A stretch of DNA of 64,000 bases from Polyangiaceae bacterium (GCA_033763455.1 JANRKO010000039.1:1-64000), one strand, 5' to 3'. Positions 8,013 to 17,432 are shown, counted from the first letter of the stretch. Made by a program: numbers and translations. The notes: a model not told the origin generated them from the letters alone.

Positions 8013-9239
8013 ATGCGTAGAAAAACGTTGGGGCCGCTATTATTGCTGGCTTCACTTGCCGGCTGCAGTGATGCCGGGCAAGACGGTGACACGCGCTTGG
8101 CCCTTCTTGCTCCCTATACGGGTGAACACGGGGCAACAGGGGTCAACGTGGAACGTTCGGCCTCGATCGTTGAAACCCTAGTGAAGGATGGGGGGGGGCT
8201 TCCCAGCGGAAGCTTCGGCATGCCGCGGCGAGATACGGCAAACGACACACCAAGAGCGCTTCGGTTAACCTCGGCCTTGTTGGCCGATCCCGCGGTGTGG
8301 GGAGTGGTGGGGCCATCTGACCCGGGTATGGGGGCTGAATTGGATGTCAGAACGGATGCTGGCGCGATGCTGCTCCTGCCTGGTATCGCCGTGAAGGAAC
8401 TGGAAGAAAAGAGTTCGAATCGGGCTGTATGGCTCGGCCCGTCTGCCAACGAAATGGGCTGCGTCTTGGCGCAAACGGCGTACGACACAGGTAATCGACG
8501 GATAGCAGTGGTGCATGATTCCCTCGCGGTAAGTAGCGCCGTTGCTCACGAAGTGGAGGCGACACTGGTTCGCTACTTCTCAACCGAGAAGGCCACGGTG
8601 CACTTGATCCCGGTCACTCCTGGAGCCGGTTTATCGTCTGTGATTGCGGAGCTGCGAGCTTACGAGCCGGATTCGATTGTGCTTTCACTTGGTACAAAGG
8701 AAGCTGCCGAGGTCATTCAAGACTGGAGTGTACTTGGGAGTAAGGTGCGCTGGTATTTGGGCTCAGGCCTCTTGAACACCGATCTTGTTCGCAACGTTCC
8801 TCCAGGAGCCCTTGAGGGAGCAGTGGCCGTGGCTGCAGCCGTCCCCGAAAACCCGAATTCAGCGCGCTTCGGTGCTGCCTACCGTGCCCGCTTCGGCGAT
8901 GACCCATTCGTCAGTGCGTACTATTACTTTGATGCAGCGGTAGTGGGTGTTTTAGCCATGGCGGCTGCACAGCAAGCGCTTGGCACCGGCCCAGAGACTC
9001 GTGCGGAGGTTGTGCGTTTTGTTGGTGAAGTGGCGTCTTCCCCTGGCCGACGCGTTACCTGGGAGGAACTACCGACCGCGCTGCAAGCGATCCGCGATGG
9101 CGAGGATATCGATTACCAGGGGGTAACTGGATCGCTCACGGTTACCCCAGAAGGCAAGATCATTAGAACGAACAATTTCGACGTCTTTCACGTACAAAAC
9201 GGCGAGATTAAGCTATTGTTCCACGACGCTTGCACGTAA
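8013..9239 (+). CDS. ABC-type branched-chain amino acid-like substrate-binding lipoprotein (Peripla_BP_6)
   Basis: Lipobox LAGC; LLAPYTG...G; VVGP; AYYYFDA; IDYQGVTGSL. Confidence 0.8.
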   Translation: MRRKTLGPLLLLASLAGCSDAGQDGDTRLALLAPYTGEHGATGVNVERSASIVETLVKDGGGLPSGSFGMPRRDTANDTPRALRLTSALLADPAVWGVVGPSDPGMGAELDVRTDAGAMLLLPGIAVKELEEKSSNRAVWLGPSANEMGCVLAQTAYDTGNRRIAVVHDSLAVSSAVAHEVEATLVRYFSTEKATVHLIPVTPGAGLSSVIAELRAYEPDSIVLSLGTKEAAEVIQDWSVLGSKVRWYLGSGLLNTDLVRNVPPGALEGAVAVAAAVPENPNSARFGAAYRARFGDDPFVSAYYYFDAAVVGVLAMAAAQQALGTGPETRAEVVRFVGEVASSPGRRVTWEELPTALQAIRDGEDIDYQGVTGSLTVTPEGKIIRTNNFDVFHVQNGEIKLLFHDACT

Positions 9240-9247
9240 AGCCCCCC

Positions 9248-10315
9248 TCAATTACCCAAGATCGACCACCAAGCCGTGGCAAAGCGCTCACCCATCAAAC
9301 GCTCGGAGAGCGTATCGTAGTGCACGTCGCCCGGGATCAAGGATAGGCCTGAAGCTAGAGAAACCCGCATGCGCGTGTCCGTAGTGGCCACTTGGGCAAG
9401 CGCCTCGTTCACTGCTCCATCGCCCGGGGCTCCGTTATCACCGCCAGTTCCGATCTCGCCGGCGACAACGGGCAGATTGGCATCTCCCACCTTGGTGCGA
9501 ATGGCTTGCACCAATGCTTTGAAACGCATCGCGTACTCGTCGGAAGTAGTATCTGTATCGGATTCGCCCTGATGCCAAATGAACCCGCGTACGGTTCCCA
9601 ACTGCATGCCGGCTTCGAGATACGGCAACATCCCCATGTAATGCTCCCCACTCTGAGGATCCCACTGCGCTATCGCGGTGCCACCAACGGCGGCATTGAT
9701 GAGGTAGATGTTCACCTCAGGATCATTCACCTTCTCCAGCACTTTCAGGCCGAAAGTGCGGCTCGGGGATAGCGCGCTGTTGCCCCAAACGGCCACGGGC
9801 TCTGCGGCGGGCACCCAACTTTTCCCCTGATCGATCTTGAAAACGCGCGGCGGGCCCACCTTATCAGATGCCTCAAGCGGAGCCTGCCCCTCCATGTTGG
9901 ATTGGCCGAGCATCAGAAAAACCCAATTCTTCGAACCCGCAAGGGGGACGGGCGCGCCTCCCCCGCTACCCAGGTTGACAACCCCTCCGCTTCCGCTGTT
10001 CGCGGCGCCCCCGGTTAACGCTGCAGTTGCTCCTCCGAGCCCCGTTGAGCCAGATCCGCCCGAAGTGTTGAAGCTGCCCCCTGCGTTTGCGCCATTGCCT
10101 AGGCCAGGCTGCCCGCCGCTCGAGTTCGCGCTCCCAGAGCCGCCAAGCGCAGATGCGGAACCACCACTCTTATTGCTCACCCCACTATTGCTCGCTCCAC
10201 CCGTGCCCGCGGCGGGCGCCACTGGCTTAGAATCCGAGGAGCTTGCGCACCCACTCACGAGGGGCAGCAGCGAAAACGCAGCAACAATCAACCAATGTGG
10301 TTTCAGATCAGGCAT
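9248..10315 (-). CDS. SGNH sialate O-acetylesterase/CE6-like carbohydrate acetylesterase, lipoprotein
   Basis: GQSNM, GGT, WHQGESD and DVH motifs; lipobox VSGC; Gly/Ser linker. Start placed at ATG 10315. Confidence 0.85.
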   Translation of the reverse strand: MPDLKPHWLIVAAFSLLPLVSGCASSSDSKPVAPAAGTGGASNSGVSNKSGGSASALGGSGSANSSGGQPGLGNGANAGGSFNTSGGSGSTGLGGATAALTGGAANSGSGGVVNLGSGGGAPVPLAGSKNWVFLMLGQSNMEGQAPLEASDKVGPPRVFKIDQGKSWVPAAEPVAVWGNSALSPSRTFGLKVLEKVNDPEVNIYLINAAVGGTAIAQWDPQSGEHYMGMLPYLEAGMQLGTVRGFIWHQGESDTDTTSDEYAMRFKALVQAIRTKVGDANLPVVAGEIGTGGDNGAPGDGAVNEALAQVATTDTRMRVSLASGLSLIPGDVHYDTLSERLMGERFATAWWSILGN

Positions 10316-10480
10316 AGATGGTCCTGGGGTCGGCTCAACAGGGAGCACTCCGATGCGACGCCGCCAAAGATAGGCAGGCCGTTCAAACGCCGTGGTGAAG
10401 GCGCAGCTTAGCACGTAAAGCCCGCACTTTTTGGCCAAGCGGAGGGCGAAATCACGGACTATCCAGCCAACGCAAAAGTG

Positions 10481-11368
10481 TTATTCGGCGCGTGTTTTCT
10501 TCCGTTGCAGGGCTCGATAGGCGCTCGGCTCAAGCCCCGTACGTTTGCGGAAAATACGAGCGAAATAGCTAGCATCTTCGAACCCCACTTTGGGAGCCAC
10601 ATCTTTCACGCGAGAATCGGTACCCGATAACATCTGCTCGGCGCGCCTTAGCCGCACATCAATCACATAATTCATGGGCGACATCGCGAACGAATCTTTG
10701 AAACACCGTGTGAGGGTGCGAGCAGACATGTGGGCCTTGGCTGCCAGAAGCTCAAGCGTCATGGGCTCCGCATAGTTCTGCTCCACCCATTGCAACACAG
10801 AATCTAACCGAACCAGCGTTTGCGGCAACGGTGCGGCCATGCTGGCGTACGCACGAGAAAGCCGAACCAAAATACGCGTCAGCAACGCCAGGCACTCTAC
10901 CTGGTACCCGTTCCGCTTCTGCATGAACTCCGCGTGGAGCTCATCGCACAAAGCAACAAGCGGCGTTAACTCCGCATCAGACAAGTGGAGGCGGCTCTTG
11001 AATTCGTGCCGCACGCGCCACTCTGGCTCCCAGGTAAATAGGGCCTGATACCCGGCAATTGATCGCAAATAAGATTCGGGCAACGGCAGCACCGTGGGAT
11101 CAAACAACACATTGATGAGCCCAAGATTTTTGCCGCCTTCGTACCCATGCAGTGCGTTTATCGGCACCACGAACACATCACCCTTCTTGATGGGAAACGC
11201 GTCGGCTTCGAAGAGATGTCTGCCGGAACCGTCGGTCACTACGACCAGTTCGAGGTAGGCGCCATGGCGGTGACGGTCCATGCGCGGCGGGTGCGGCCTG
11301 AGCGGGTGGCTGGCCAAAGCGAAAGCCCTGAGCTCAGGCAGGAGCTCATCGACCGTAAGATTGCGCAC
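10481..11368 (-). CDS. AraC-family transcriptional regulator (RhaS/RhaR-like)
   Basis: Cupin N-terminus H.H...ELVVV..G.G.H; C-terminal double HTH with VGFEDASYFARIFRKRTGLEPSAYR. Confidence 0.9.
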   Translation of the reverse strand: MRNLTVDELLPELRAFALASHPLRPHPPRMDRHRHGAYLELVVVTDGSGRHLFEADAFPIKKGDVFVVPINALHGYEGGKNLGLINVLFDPTVLPLPESYLRSIAGYQALFTWEPEWRVRHEFKSRLHLSDAELTPLVALCDELHAEFMQKRNGYQVECLALLTRILVRLSRAYASMAAPLPQTLVRLDSVLQWVEQNYAEPMTLELLAAKAHMSARTLTRCFKDSFAMSPMNYVIDVRLRRAEQMLSGTDSRVKDVAPKVGFEDASYFARIFRKRTGLEPSAYRALQRKKTRAE

Positions 11369-11508
11369 GCTCTAAACATACGCGGCCTAGAACCCTCGTC
11401 CAACTGGCACTTCGACGAGTTCGCTGAGTGTTTGGACCGCGAGGCCGGGGGTCAGGCCCCTACGGGCCCTCTTTAGGGGGCCGAGGCGACTGCCGTAGGG
11501 GGCATGGG

Positions 11509-13716
11509 ATGAAAGATCAGCGCCTGCTACTCACTGGTATTGTTGGATTCGCTTCGCTCGCCGCGCTGGGGCTCGCAACTGGGCTCGTTGGCGACGGCAG
11601 AGTGATTGGCGCATTACTGCTAGCGCTGATGCTGCCGGCACTTTGGCTGCTGAATAAGCCGGGCACTCGGGAGGTGCAGGAGCATGCTCCCGTCGAGTCG
11701 CCACAAGCGGCTATCGAGGCAGTTCCTATGGCAACGGAGGTCGTGCGGCTGAAGACCGAGTTCCTTACCCAAATGGGTCAACATGTTCGTCCCCCACTTA
11801 ACAACATGCTCGGAATGACGGCGCTAGTCCTACGCTCACCGCGCCTCGAAGCCCAAGACCGTACATTCCTTCAGTCGGCACACACCTCAGCCACTACTCT
11901 CTTGGCGGTGGTGGATGATATCTTGGATCTGTCGCGGCTTGAGGCCGGCGAGATGCCCCTAAATGAGGAAAGCTTCAACACACGCCAGCTTATCGCTGAC
12001 GTGGCGGATGTCGCCTCGGCTGCGGCTCAAATCAACAATGTGGAGGTTGTTACTAGTATTTTGCCCGAGGTGCCGAGCGTGCTCTTCGGGGATAGTGAAC
12101 GCATCCGACAGATCTTGGTCAACCTGGTGAGCAATGCCGTCACACACACCACCAAGGGGCAAATTTCAATTCGTTTGCGAGTGCTCGAGAAAACGGCCGA
12201 ATCCGGGCGCTTTCGCTACGAGGTGGAAGACACCGGCATTGGCATCAAAAAGCAGGAGCAGAGCAAGCTTTTTCAACCATTCGCACGCATCAATGGCTCT
12301 CAAATACGCGAGCGCACCGGGCTCGGGCTCGCCGTATGCAAACATATCACCGAAAAGATGGGTGCGACGTTTGGCTTCGAAAGCGAATACGGTAAAGGTA
12401 GTACGTTCTGGTTCGAAGTGCCCCTCGGCATCTCTCCGGTTTCGGTGCGCCAGGTTCCCCTCCAGCGGCGCAGGATCTTGCTGGCTGATGGCAACGCCAC
12501 CGTCCGAAAGGTTCTGAGGGAACACTTGGAACACTGGGGGCTTGAGTGTGTTGACGCGGTGGATATGCCAGAGGTCGTGGCTGCGTCCGAAAATGCCGGG
12601 CGCACGCACGCACCGTTTGATGTGGCAATCTTAGCGGCAGAGGTTCTGGCGGAAGCTCCGGAACGGTTGCTCGAAGCTTTGAGAACTCAGCCGGGGCAAC
12701 ACGGCTTGCCTTTGATCTTGCTCTCTCACCCCACCACCGTAGCCGCTCCTGTAGACGCCACCTTTTGCCTACGAAAGCCGCTCCGAACCTCCGAGCTTTA
12801 CAATGCCCTAGCGCATTTATTTTTAGTGGGCAAACGCGGGGCCAGCAAATCAGGGGCTTTCGAGCGCTCCCAAGCTACCGACGGCAGATTCGAGCTTCTG
12901 GTGGTGGAAGACAACCCGATCAACCAACTCGTGGCCACCGAAATCATCGAAGAGCTCGGCCACCGTGCAACTCTGGCCGATAGCGGCGAGGAAGCTCTCG
13001 CATTGCTGCAAAAGCAGCACTTTGATGCCGTGCTCATGGACTGCCAGTTGCCCCACATGGACGGCTACGAAACAACGCGTCGCATCCGTGAGCTACTTTC
13101 GCCAGTCGCCAAGATCCCCATCTTCGCTCTTACGGCACACGCATTGGTTGGTGAACGTGCACTCGTATTGGGCGCAGGCATGGACGACTACTTGAGCAAA
13201 CCGCTTTCCGACCAGGCCCTATCGCGACTGCTGAAGCTCTGGTTGCCGGGCCAGCGCTCGCACTTGCCGCTCATTGACACCACCGTGCGGCGCTCGTCCA
13301 AAGCTATTGAGCTTTTCGCAAGCACCATTGGTAAGCAGGTAGACGCGATGGCAAAAGCCATCAAAGACGGCGATGTTCCTCAATTTCGCGAGTGGGCGCA
13401 CCGCGCCAAAGGCAGCTGCCTAGCTATCGGAGCCGAACGTTTGGCCTATACCTGCAAAGAGCTCCAAGAGCTGGGTGACCAGGGCGCTTCGCGTGGCTTC
13501 GCCGAAGAACTGCTCGGCGTCGCCAAAGACGAGGTAGACTTAACGCTCGCCGAGCTCATGCACCTTGGCCCCAGCGTGAGCCTCATGAGCCCGCCGCGCA
13601 CCAGCTTCACACCGGACCGCGCAAGCTTCACACCGGACCGCGCGAGTTATTCCCCGGAGCGCATTAGCATCAAGCCTTCGTACAGTCCGCGAATTCGCTC
13701 CACAGATCAGGCCTGA
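11509..13716 (+). CDS. hybrid sensor kinase (TM-HisKA-HATPase-REC-REC-Hpt) with atypical H-box
   Basis: QILVNLVSNA, VEDTGIGI, TGLGL and GKGSTFWF; REC2 FDAVLMDCQLP..DGYE; Hpt AHRAKGS. Confidence 0.9.
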   Translation: MKDQRLLLTGIVGFASLAALGLATGLVGDGRVIGALLLALMLPALWLLNKPGTREVQEHAPVESPQAAIEAVPMATEVVRLKTEFLTQMGQHVRPPLNNMLGMTALVLRSPRLEAQDRTFLQSAHTSATTLLAVVDDILDLSRLEAGEMPLNEESFNTRQLIADVADVASAAAQINNVEVVTSILPEVPSVLFGDSERIRQILVNLVSNAVTHTTKGQISIRLRVLEKTAESGRFRYEVEDTGIGIKKQEQSKLFQPFARINGSQIRERTGLGLAVCKHITEKMGATFGFESEYGKGSTFWFEVPLGISPVSVRQVPLQRRRILLADGNATVRKVLREHLEHWGLECVDAVDMPEVVAASENAGRTHAPFDVAILAAEVLAEAPERLLEALRTQPGQHGLPLILLSHPTTVAAPVDATFCLRKPLRTSELYNALAHLFLVGKRGASKSGAFERSQATDGRFELLVVEDNPINQLVATEIIEELGHRATLADSGEEALALLQKQHFDAVLMDCQLPHMDGYETTRRIRELLSPVAKIPIFALTAHALVGERALVLGAGMDDYLSKPLSDQALSRLLKLWLPGQRSHLPLIDTTVRRSSKAIELFASTIGKQVDAMAKAIKDGDVPQFREWAHRAKGSCLAIGAERLAYTCKELQELGDQGASRGFAEELLGVAKDEVDLTLAELMHLGPSVSLMSPPRTSFTPDRASFTPDRASYSPERISIKPSYSPRIRSTDQA
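13603..13665 (+). repeat. 21-bp tandem repeat (SFTPDRA x2 plus degenerate SYSPERI) in the kinase tail
   Basis: AGCTTCACACCGGACCGCGC occurs at 13603 and 13624, with a degenerate third copy at 13645. Confidence 0.75.
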
Positions 13717-13744
13717 GAACGCCCATCGCCAACAATTGCAGGCC

Positions 13745-14341
13745 TCAACGGCTCAAGAACTCCACCGTTGCTCTGCCCACACGTTCATCGTCCGGCATCC
13801 ATTGGTGCAACGGCACAGTGAACGTGCGCGTTTCCCCCACGCCGAAATGTGAACTTCGCGCCGGCAAAATCATCAGATCCCACGGAGTGTAGAGCGATAA
13901 ACAAGGAACCTGAGCGAGCTCCTCCATCTTGCTATTTAACGCCAACAAAAGCTCGCTCGTGGGACTCATCTCCGCAATGCCAGCCTTTTTGCCAAAACGC
14001 CCCCAGAACGTCCCTTGATGGGGCGAAGAGATACTTACGAACTTTCGCACCCGGCGAACCCCTCCCAAGCGCTGCAAGTAGCACCGAGACACCAAGCCGC
14101 CCATACTAAAACCCACCAGCGAGAAGGAGCGCTCACCGCCGAGCGTTGCCTCAACACGTTCTGCCAACTGCTCTGCCAGCGCTAAGAGTGGGGCTGAGCC
14201 ATCATTCGGCGAGGAATCCCAAGCGTGCACCTCAAAACCTGCAGCTTCCAGGTTCTTGGTTAACCGCCGAAACACCTTCGAGGTATTCCAAATTCCGTGC
14301 ACCAGCACGACGGGCTCCCGGGTGGACGGCACAGGCGACAT
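13745..14341 (-). CDS. alpha/beta hydrolase (lipase/esterase)
   Basis: PVVLVHG oxyanion motif, GFSMG nucleophile elbow, SPHQGT, and catalytic D and H candidates. Confidence 0.85.
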   Translation of the reverse strand: MSPVPSTREPVVLVHGIWNTSKVFRRLTKNLEAAGFEVHAWDSSPNDGSAPLLALAEQLAERVEATLGGERSFSLVGFSMGGLVSRCYLQRLGGVRRVRKFVSISSPHQGTFWGRFGKKAGIAEMSPTSELLLALNSKMEELAQVPCLSLYTPWDLMILPARSSHFGVGETRTFTVPLHQWMPDDERVGRATVEFLSR

Positions 14342-14417
14342 AGCTGAGGCCCCCCAGATAGCGCGAGACTGCCCAAAAACGCTAGCCATTCCCCTGAGGC
14401 GGCTCTACGTTTCCGGC

Positions 14418-15380
14418 ATGCCCTCGGCCGCTACCTCCACGCCCCCTGTCGATCTCCCGCTGGCCCAAGTCGTAGAGGAGATCAGGCGCCTAAAGCGCGA
14501 GCGCAACGCCGTCTTTCTCGCGCATTTCTATCAAGAAGGCCAAATCCAAGATCTGGCTGACTTCATAGGCGACTCGCTCCAACTAGCCCAAGAGGCCAAA
14601 CGCACTCAAGCCGACGTTATCTTGTTTGCGGGTGTGCACTTCATGGCAGAAACTGCCAAGATCCTGAATCCTGAAAAAATCGTGCTCGTGCCAGACATGG
14701 CAGCGGGTTGTTCGTTAGCCGACGGTTGCCCGGTGGGTCCGTTTCGCGAATGGAAGGCGAAGTTCCCCGGCGCCACGGTGGTGAGCTACATCAATTGCTC
14801 CGCCGAAGTAAAAGCCGAGAGTGACTACATCTGCACTTCCAGCAACGCCGAGAAGGTGATTCGCGCCATCCCCGAAGACAAGACCATCTTGTTCGCGCCC
14901 GATAAGAACCTGGGCCGCTACGTAGCCAAGCAAACTGGCCGCCACATGGAAATCTGGCCGGGGAGCTGCATCGTGCATGAGACATTCAGCATGAAGAAGC
15001 TCGTGGAGCTCAAGCGCCAGAACCCTGCTGCTCAGATCATTGCGCACCCTGAATGCGAAGAGCCCCTGCTCGATCTGGCGGATTTTATCGGCTCCACCGC
15101 GGCCCTTTTAAAACACGTCAAGAACGACAACGGGCGCGCTTTCATCGTCGCCACCGAATCCGGCATTTTGCACCAAATGGAGAAGGCCGCTCCTGAAAAA
15201 ACCTTCATCGCGGCGCCCCCCGAGGCAAACTGCCACTGCAATGAATGCCCCTTCATGCGCCTGAACACTCCGGAAAAAGTGTATCTGGCGCTTCGTGATC
15301 TCAAGCCTGAATTGAAGATGGACGAAGGCTTGCGGCAGCGCGCCTTGTTGCCAATTGAACGAATGTTGGCGTTATCTTAA
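14418..15380 (+). CDS. nadA: quinolinate synthase A
   Basis: [49 protein letters not shown] and CPFMRLNT. Confidence 0.97.
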   Translation: MPSAATSTPPVDLPLAQVVEEIRRLKRERNAVFLAHFYQEGQIQDLADFIGDSLQLAQEAKRTQADVILFAGVHFMAETAKILNPEKIVLVPDMAAGCSLADGCPVGPFREWKAKFPGATVVSYINCSAEVKAESDYICTSSNAEKVIRAIPEDKTILFAPDKNLGRYVAKQTGRHMEIWPGSCIVHETFSMKKLVELKRQNPAAQIIAHPECEEPLLDLADFIGSTAALLKHVKNDNGRAFIVATESGILHQMEKAAPEKTFIAAPPEANCHCNECPFMRLNTPEKVYLALRDLKPELKMDEGLRQRALLPIERMLALS

Positions 15381-15428
15381 GAACAGGCCTCAGGCTGCCG
15401 CCTTCGCCGATTCCGTTCCTTCCGCCGG
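15327..15428 (+). repeat. direct repeat copy 1 (102 bp: nadA 3' end plus copy of epimerase 3' end)
   Basis: Matches 16283-16384 with 7 mismatches by manual alignment. Confidence 0.9.
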
Positions 15429-15576
15429 AAATTCATCCAGCATGAGCTCCTCGGATCGGATCGCTCAGCCGGGCGCTATCCGGCAAGCACGGATCTGACT
15501 GCGCAGGTCGTTGCAGCACAAGCAGTGCATACGCTGGGCTCCGGGCTCATAGGGCCCTGCAAACAGCGCTTGCCAG

Positions 15577-15598
15577 AGTGTCTCAGATCTGAGACACT
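15577..15598. promoter_or_regulatory. operator palindrome of the TA cassette
   Basis: Perfect 22-bp palindrome AGTGTCTCAGATCTGAGACACT, directly after a TTGCCA -35-like hexamer and 7 nt before the toxin GTG. Confidence 0.75.
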
Positions 15599-15605
15599 TC
15601 AACGT

Positions 15606-15913
15606 GTGAAGCTGGCTAAGTTCCATCCGGGCGCCCGGGACGCACTTCGAGCGTTCCCGGAGGATGTCCGCCGGGCATTCGGCAAGGCCATCCACGAGCT
15701 TCAATTGGGTCACTCGTTGGCGATGCCATTGTCCCGGGTGATGCCAGCGCTCGGTCCCGGCGCTGCCGGGATGCCGCCAGCATTTATCGTGCGTTCTACG
15801 TCGTAAAGGTAGCGGATGTGATCGTGATATTTCACGCTTTCGCGAAAAAAACGCAAAAGACGCCCGACCGAGAAATCGATCTGGCCAAGAAGCGCTTGAA
15901 GGAGATGTTATGA
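15606..15913 (+). pseudogene. RelE/HigB (gp49-like) toxin, frameshifted
   Basis: The 5' frame MKLAKFHPGARDALRAFP...MPALGPGAA and the 3' frame RDAASIYRAFY...FHAFAKKTQKTPDREIDLAKKRLKEML differ (308 nt in total). The expected ELR strand is missing at ~15768. Confidence 0.85.
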
Positions 15914-16215
15914 AGAAGAAAAGAATCAAGGCTATCGTGGCACGAACGGCCGGTGACCTCGCCGAGGTGCTTGGGCTTGAGCGTCCGGAGGGTATCGAGA
16001 TTGCGGTAAGGAGCGCGCTCAACACTAAGGTCATTCAGGTGATTGAGAAGCGTGGCTTGACTCACGAGCAGGTAGCCGCGCTGGCTGGTACTTCGCGAAC
16101 GCGAATCACCGCTCTATTCAATCGAAACACCAAAGACATTTCGACTGATCTGATGCTCCGCGTTCTTGGCGCGCTAGGAGTCTCGGCAAAGATCACCTTC
16201 CGTCGGGCTGCGTGA
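15910..16215 (+). CDS. HigA-like XRE/HTH antitoxin
   Basis: ATGA overlap with the toxin stop; GLTHEQVAALAGTSRTRITAL...ISTDLMLRVL HTH. Confidence 0.85.
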   Translation: MKKKRIKAIVARTAGDLAEVLGLERPEGIEIAVRSALNTKVIQVIEKRGLTHEQVAALAGTSRTRITALFNRNTKDISTDLMLRVLGALGVSAKITFRRAA

Positions 16216-16282
16216 GGCCCCCTTCGCACTTTTGCTCCTCGTCCGCCCCCACGCTCCGCTTCTGCATCACTCCAGCTGCATG

Positions 16283-16384
16283 GGCTTGCGGCAGCGCGCC
16301 TTGTTGCCGATTGGGCGAATGTTGGCGTTATCTTAGTAACAGGCTTCAAGCTGCCGCCTTCGCCGATTCCGTTCCTTCCGCCGG
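16283..16384 (+). repeat. direct repeat copy 2 (copy of nadA 3' end plus functional epimerase 3' end)
   Basis: Matches 15327-15428. Confidence 0.9.
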
Positions 16385-17308
16385 GAAGTAGCGGCTTGAG
16401 ACGCTGGCGATGGCTTGGTCGAACGGTGTATCGAAGTCCGGCCCCAACATTTTCTCTAGCCGCGGATCGACAAGGCCCAGCTCGTACTCCCAAACGTAAC
16501 GCATCTGCACCAGGCCACGAATGATGGGCATGAACCACCCCATGACTTTCAGCATGCGCCAAGGGTAATCTACTCGCACCAGCTTCTGCGGGACGGCTTT
16601 CTGAATCGCTTGAAATGTTTCATCGGTTGTTACGAGGTGACCGTGAAAGTGGAAGTTCTCAAACGCTGACAGCTCTCCCTTTCGCAGAGCTAGCACCACA
16701 AAAGCTCGCGCTAAATCAGGCAAATAGGCCCAAGCATTTTTTACTTTCCGAGCGGGATTGAGCGCCACGCGCCCTTTGCTAGCCTCACGGAAAACAAGCT
16801 GCCCAAACCAATCCCCCGGGAGATCTGAACCGTAGAAGTTGCCCGCGCGCAGTATCACCACCTGCAGCTCACCCCGCTTCGCAGCCTGCTCAAGGTGTTG
16901 CTCCATACGCACGCGGATGGCGCCGCGCTCCGTTTCCGGATCTTGGCGTAAATCTGGAGTCAGCACGCGATCGGTAGCCCGATAGTTGTAGATGTTACCG
17001 GGGAATAGCAGCGTCTTGCCCTTGCAAGCTTCCACTACTCGCGCGGAGAGGGCTTCGGCCGCACCGTTCCCCCACTTGTCGTACGGCAAGTTCAGTGAGT
17101 TGAGCACCACGTCAGCCACTCGCGTGGCCCGCTTCATGTCTTCGACGGAGTTGGCGTCTCCGGAGACAAACTCTACACCCTCTATGGGTTGCTTCTGAGT
17201 TCGACCAAACCCGATGACGCGCAGGCCTGCCCTTTTGGCGGCGAACGCCACCTGGCGACCGAGGTGACCGTTGATACCGAGGATCGCAATTGTTTTCGGC
17301 TCTTGCAT
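16346..17308 (-). CDS. NAD-dependent epimerase/dehydratase family (atypical SDR)
   Basis: ILGINGHLG Rossmann motif; PGNIYNY; RAGNFYG; AWAYLPDLARA. Confidence 0.85.
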   Translation of the reverse strand: MQEPKTIAILGINGHLGRQVAFAAKRAGLRVIGFGRTQKQPIEGVEFVSGDANSVEDMKRATRVADVVLNSLNLPYDKWGNGAAEALSARVVEACKGKTLLFPGNIYNYRATDRVLTPDLRQDPETERGAIRVRMEQHLEQAAKRGELQVVILRAGNFYGSDLPGDWFGQLVFREASKGRVALNPARKVKNAWAYLPDLARAFVVLALRKGELSAFENFHFHGHLVTTDETFQAIQKAVPQKLVRVDYPWRMLKVMGWFMPIIRGLVQMRYVWEYELGLVDPRLEKMLGPDFDTPFDQAIASVSSRYFPAEGTESAKAAA

Positions 17309-17432
17309 GTCTGTGACTCAACTTCTTGTGGGTGGGAGAATGGCCGCGATGGCCGTTGACAAGACCAGCTTGGGCCATTCACCATAGAATGAGAATTCCC
17401 CACTTCTGAATGGCAGCCATACATTATTGCAT

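Noticed and set aside
15525..15806. 93-aa ORF as an intact toxin
   Set aside because: It contains only the 5' half of the toxin and runs out of frame; the conserved C-terminus is in another frame.
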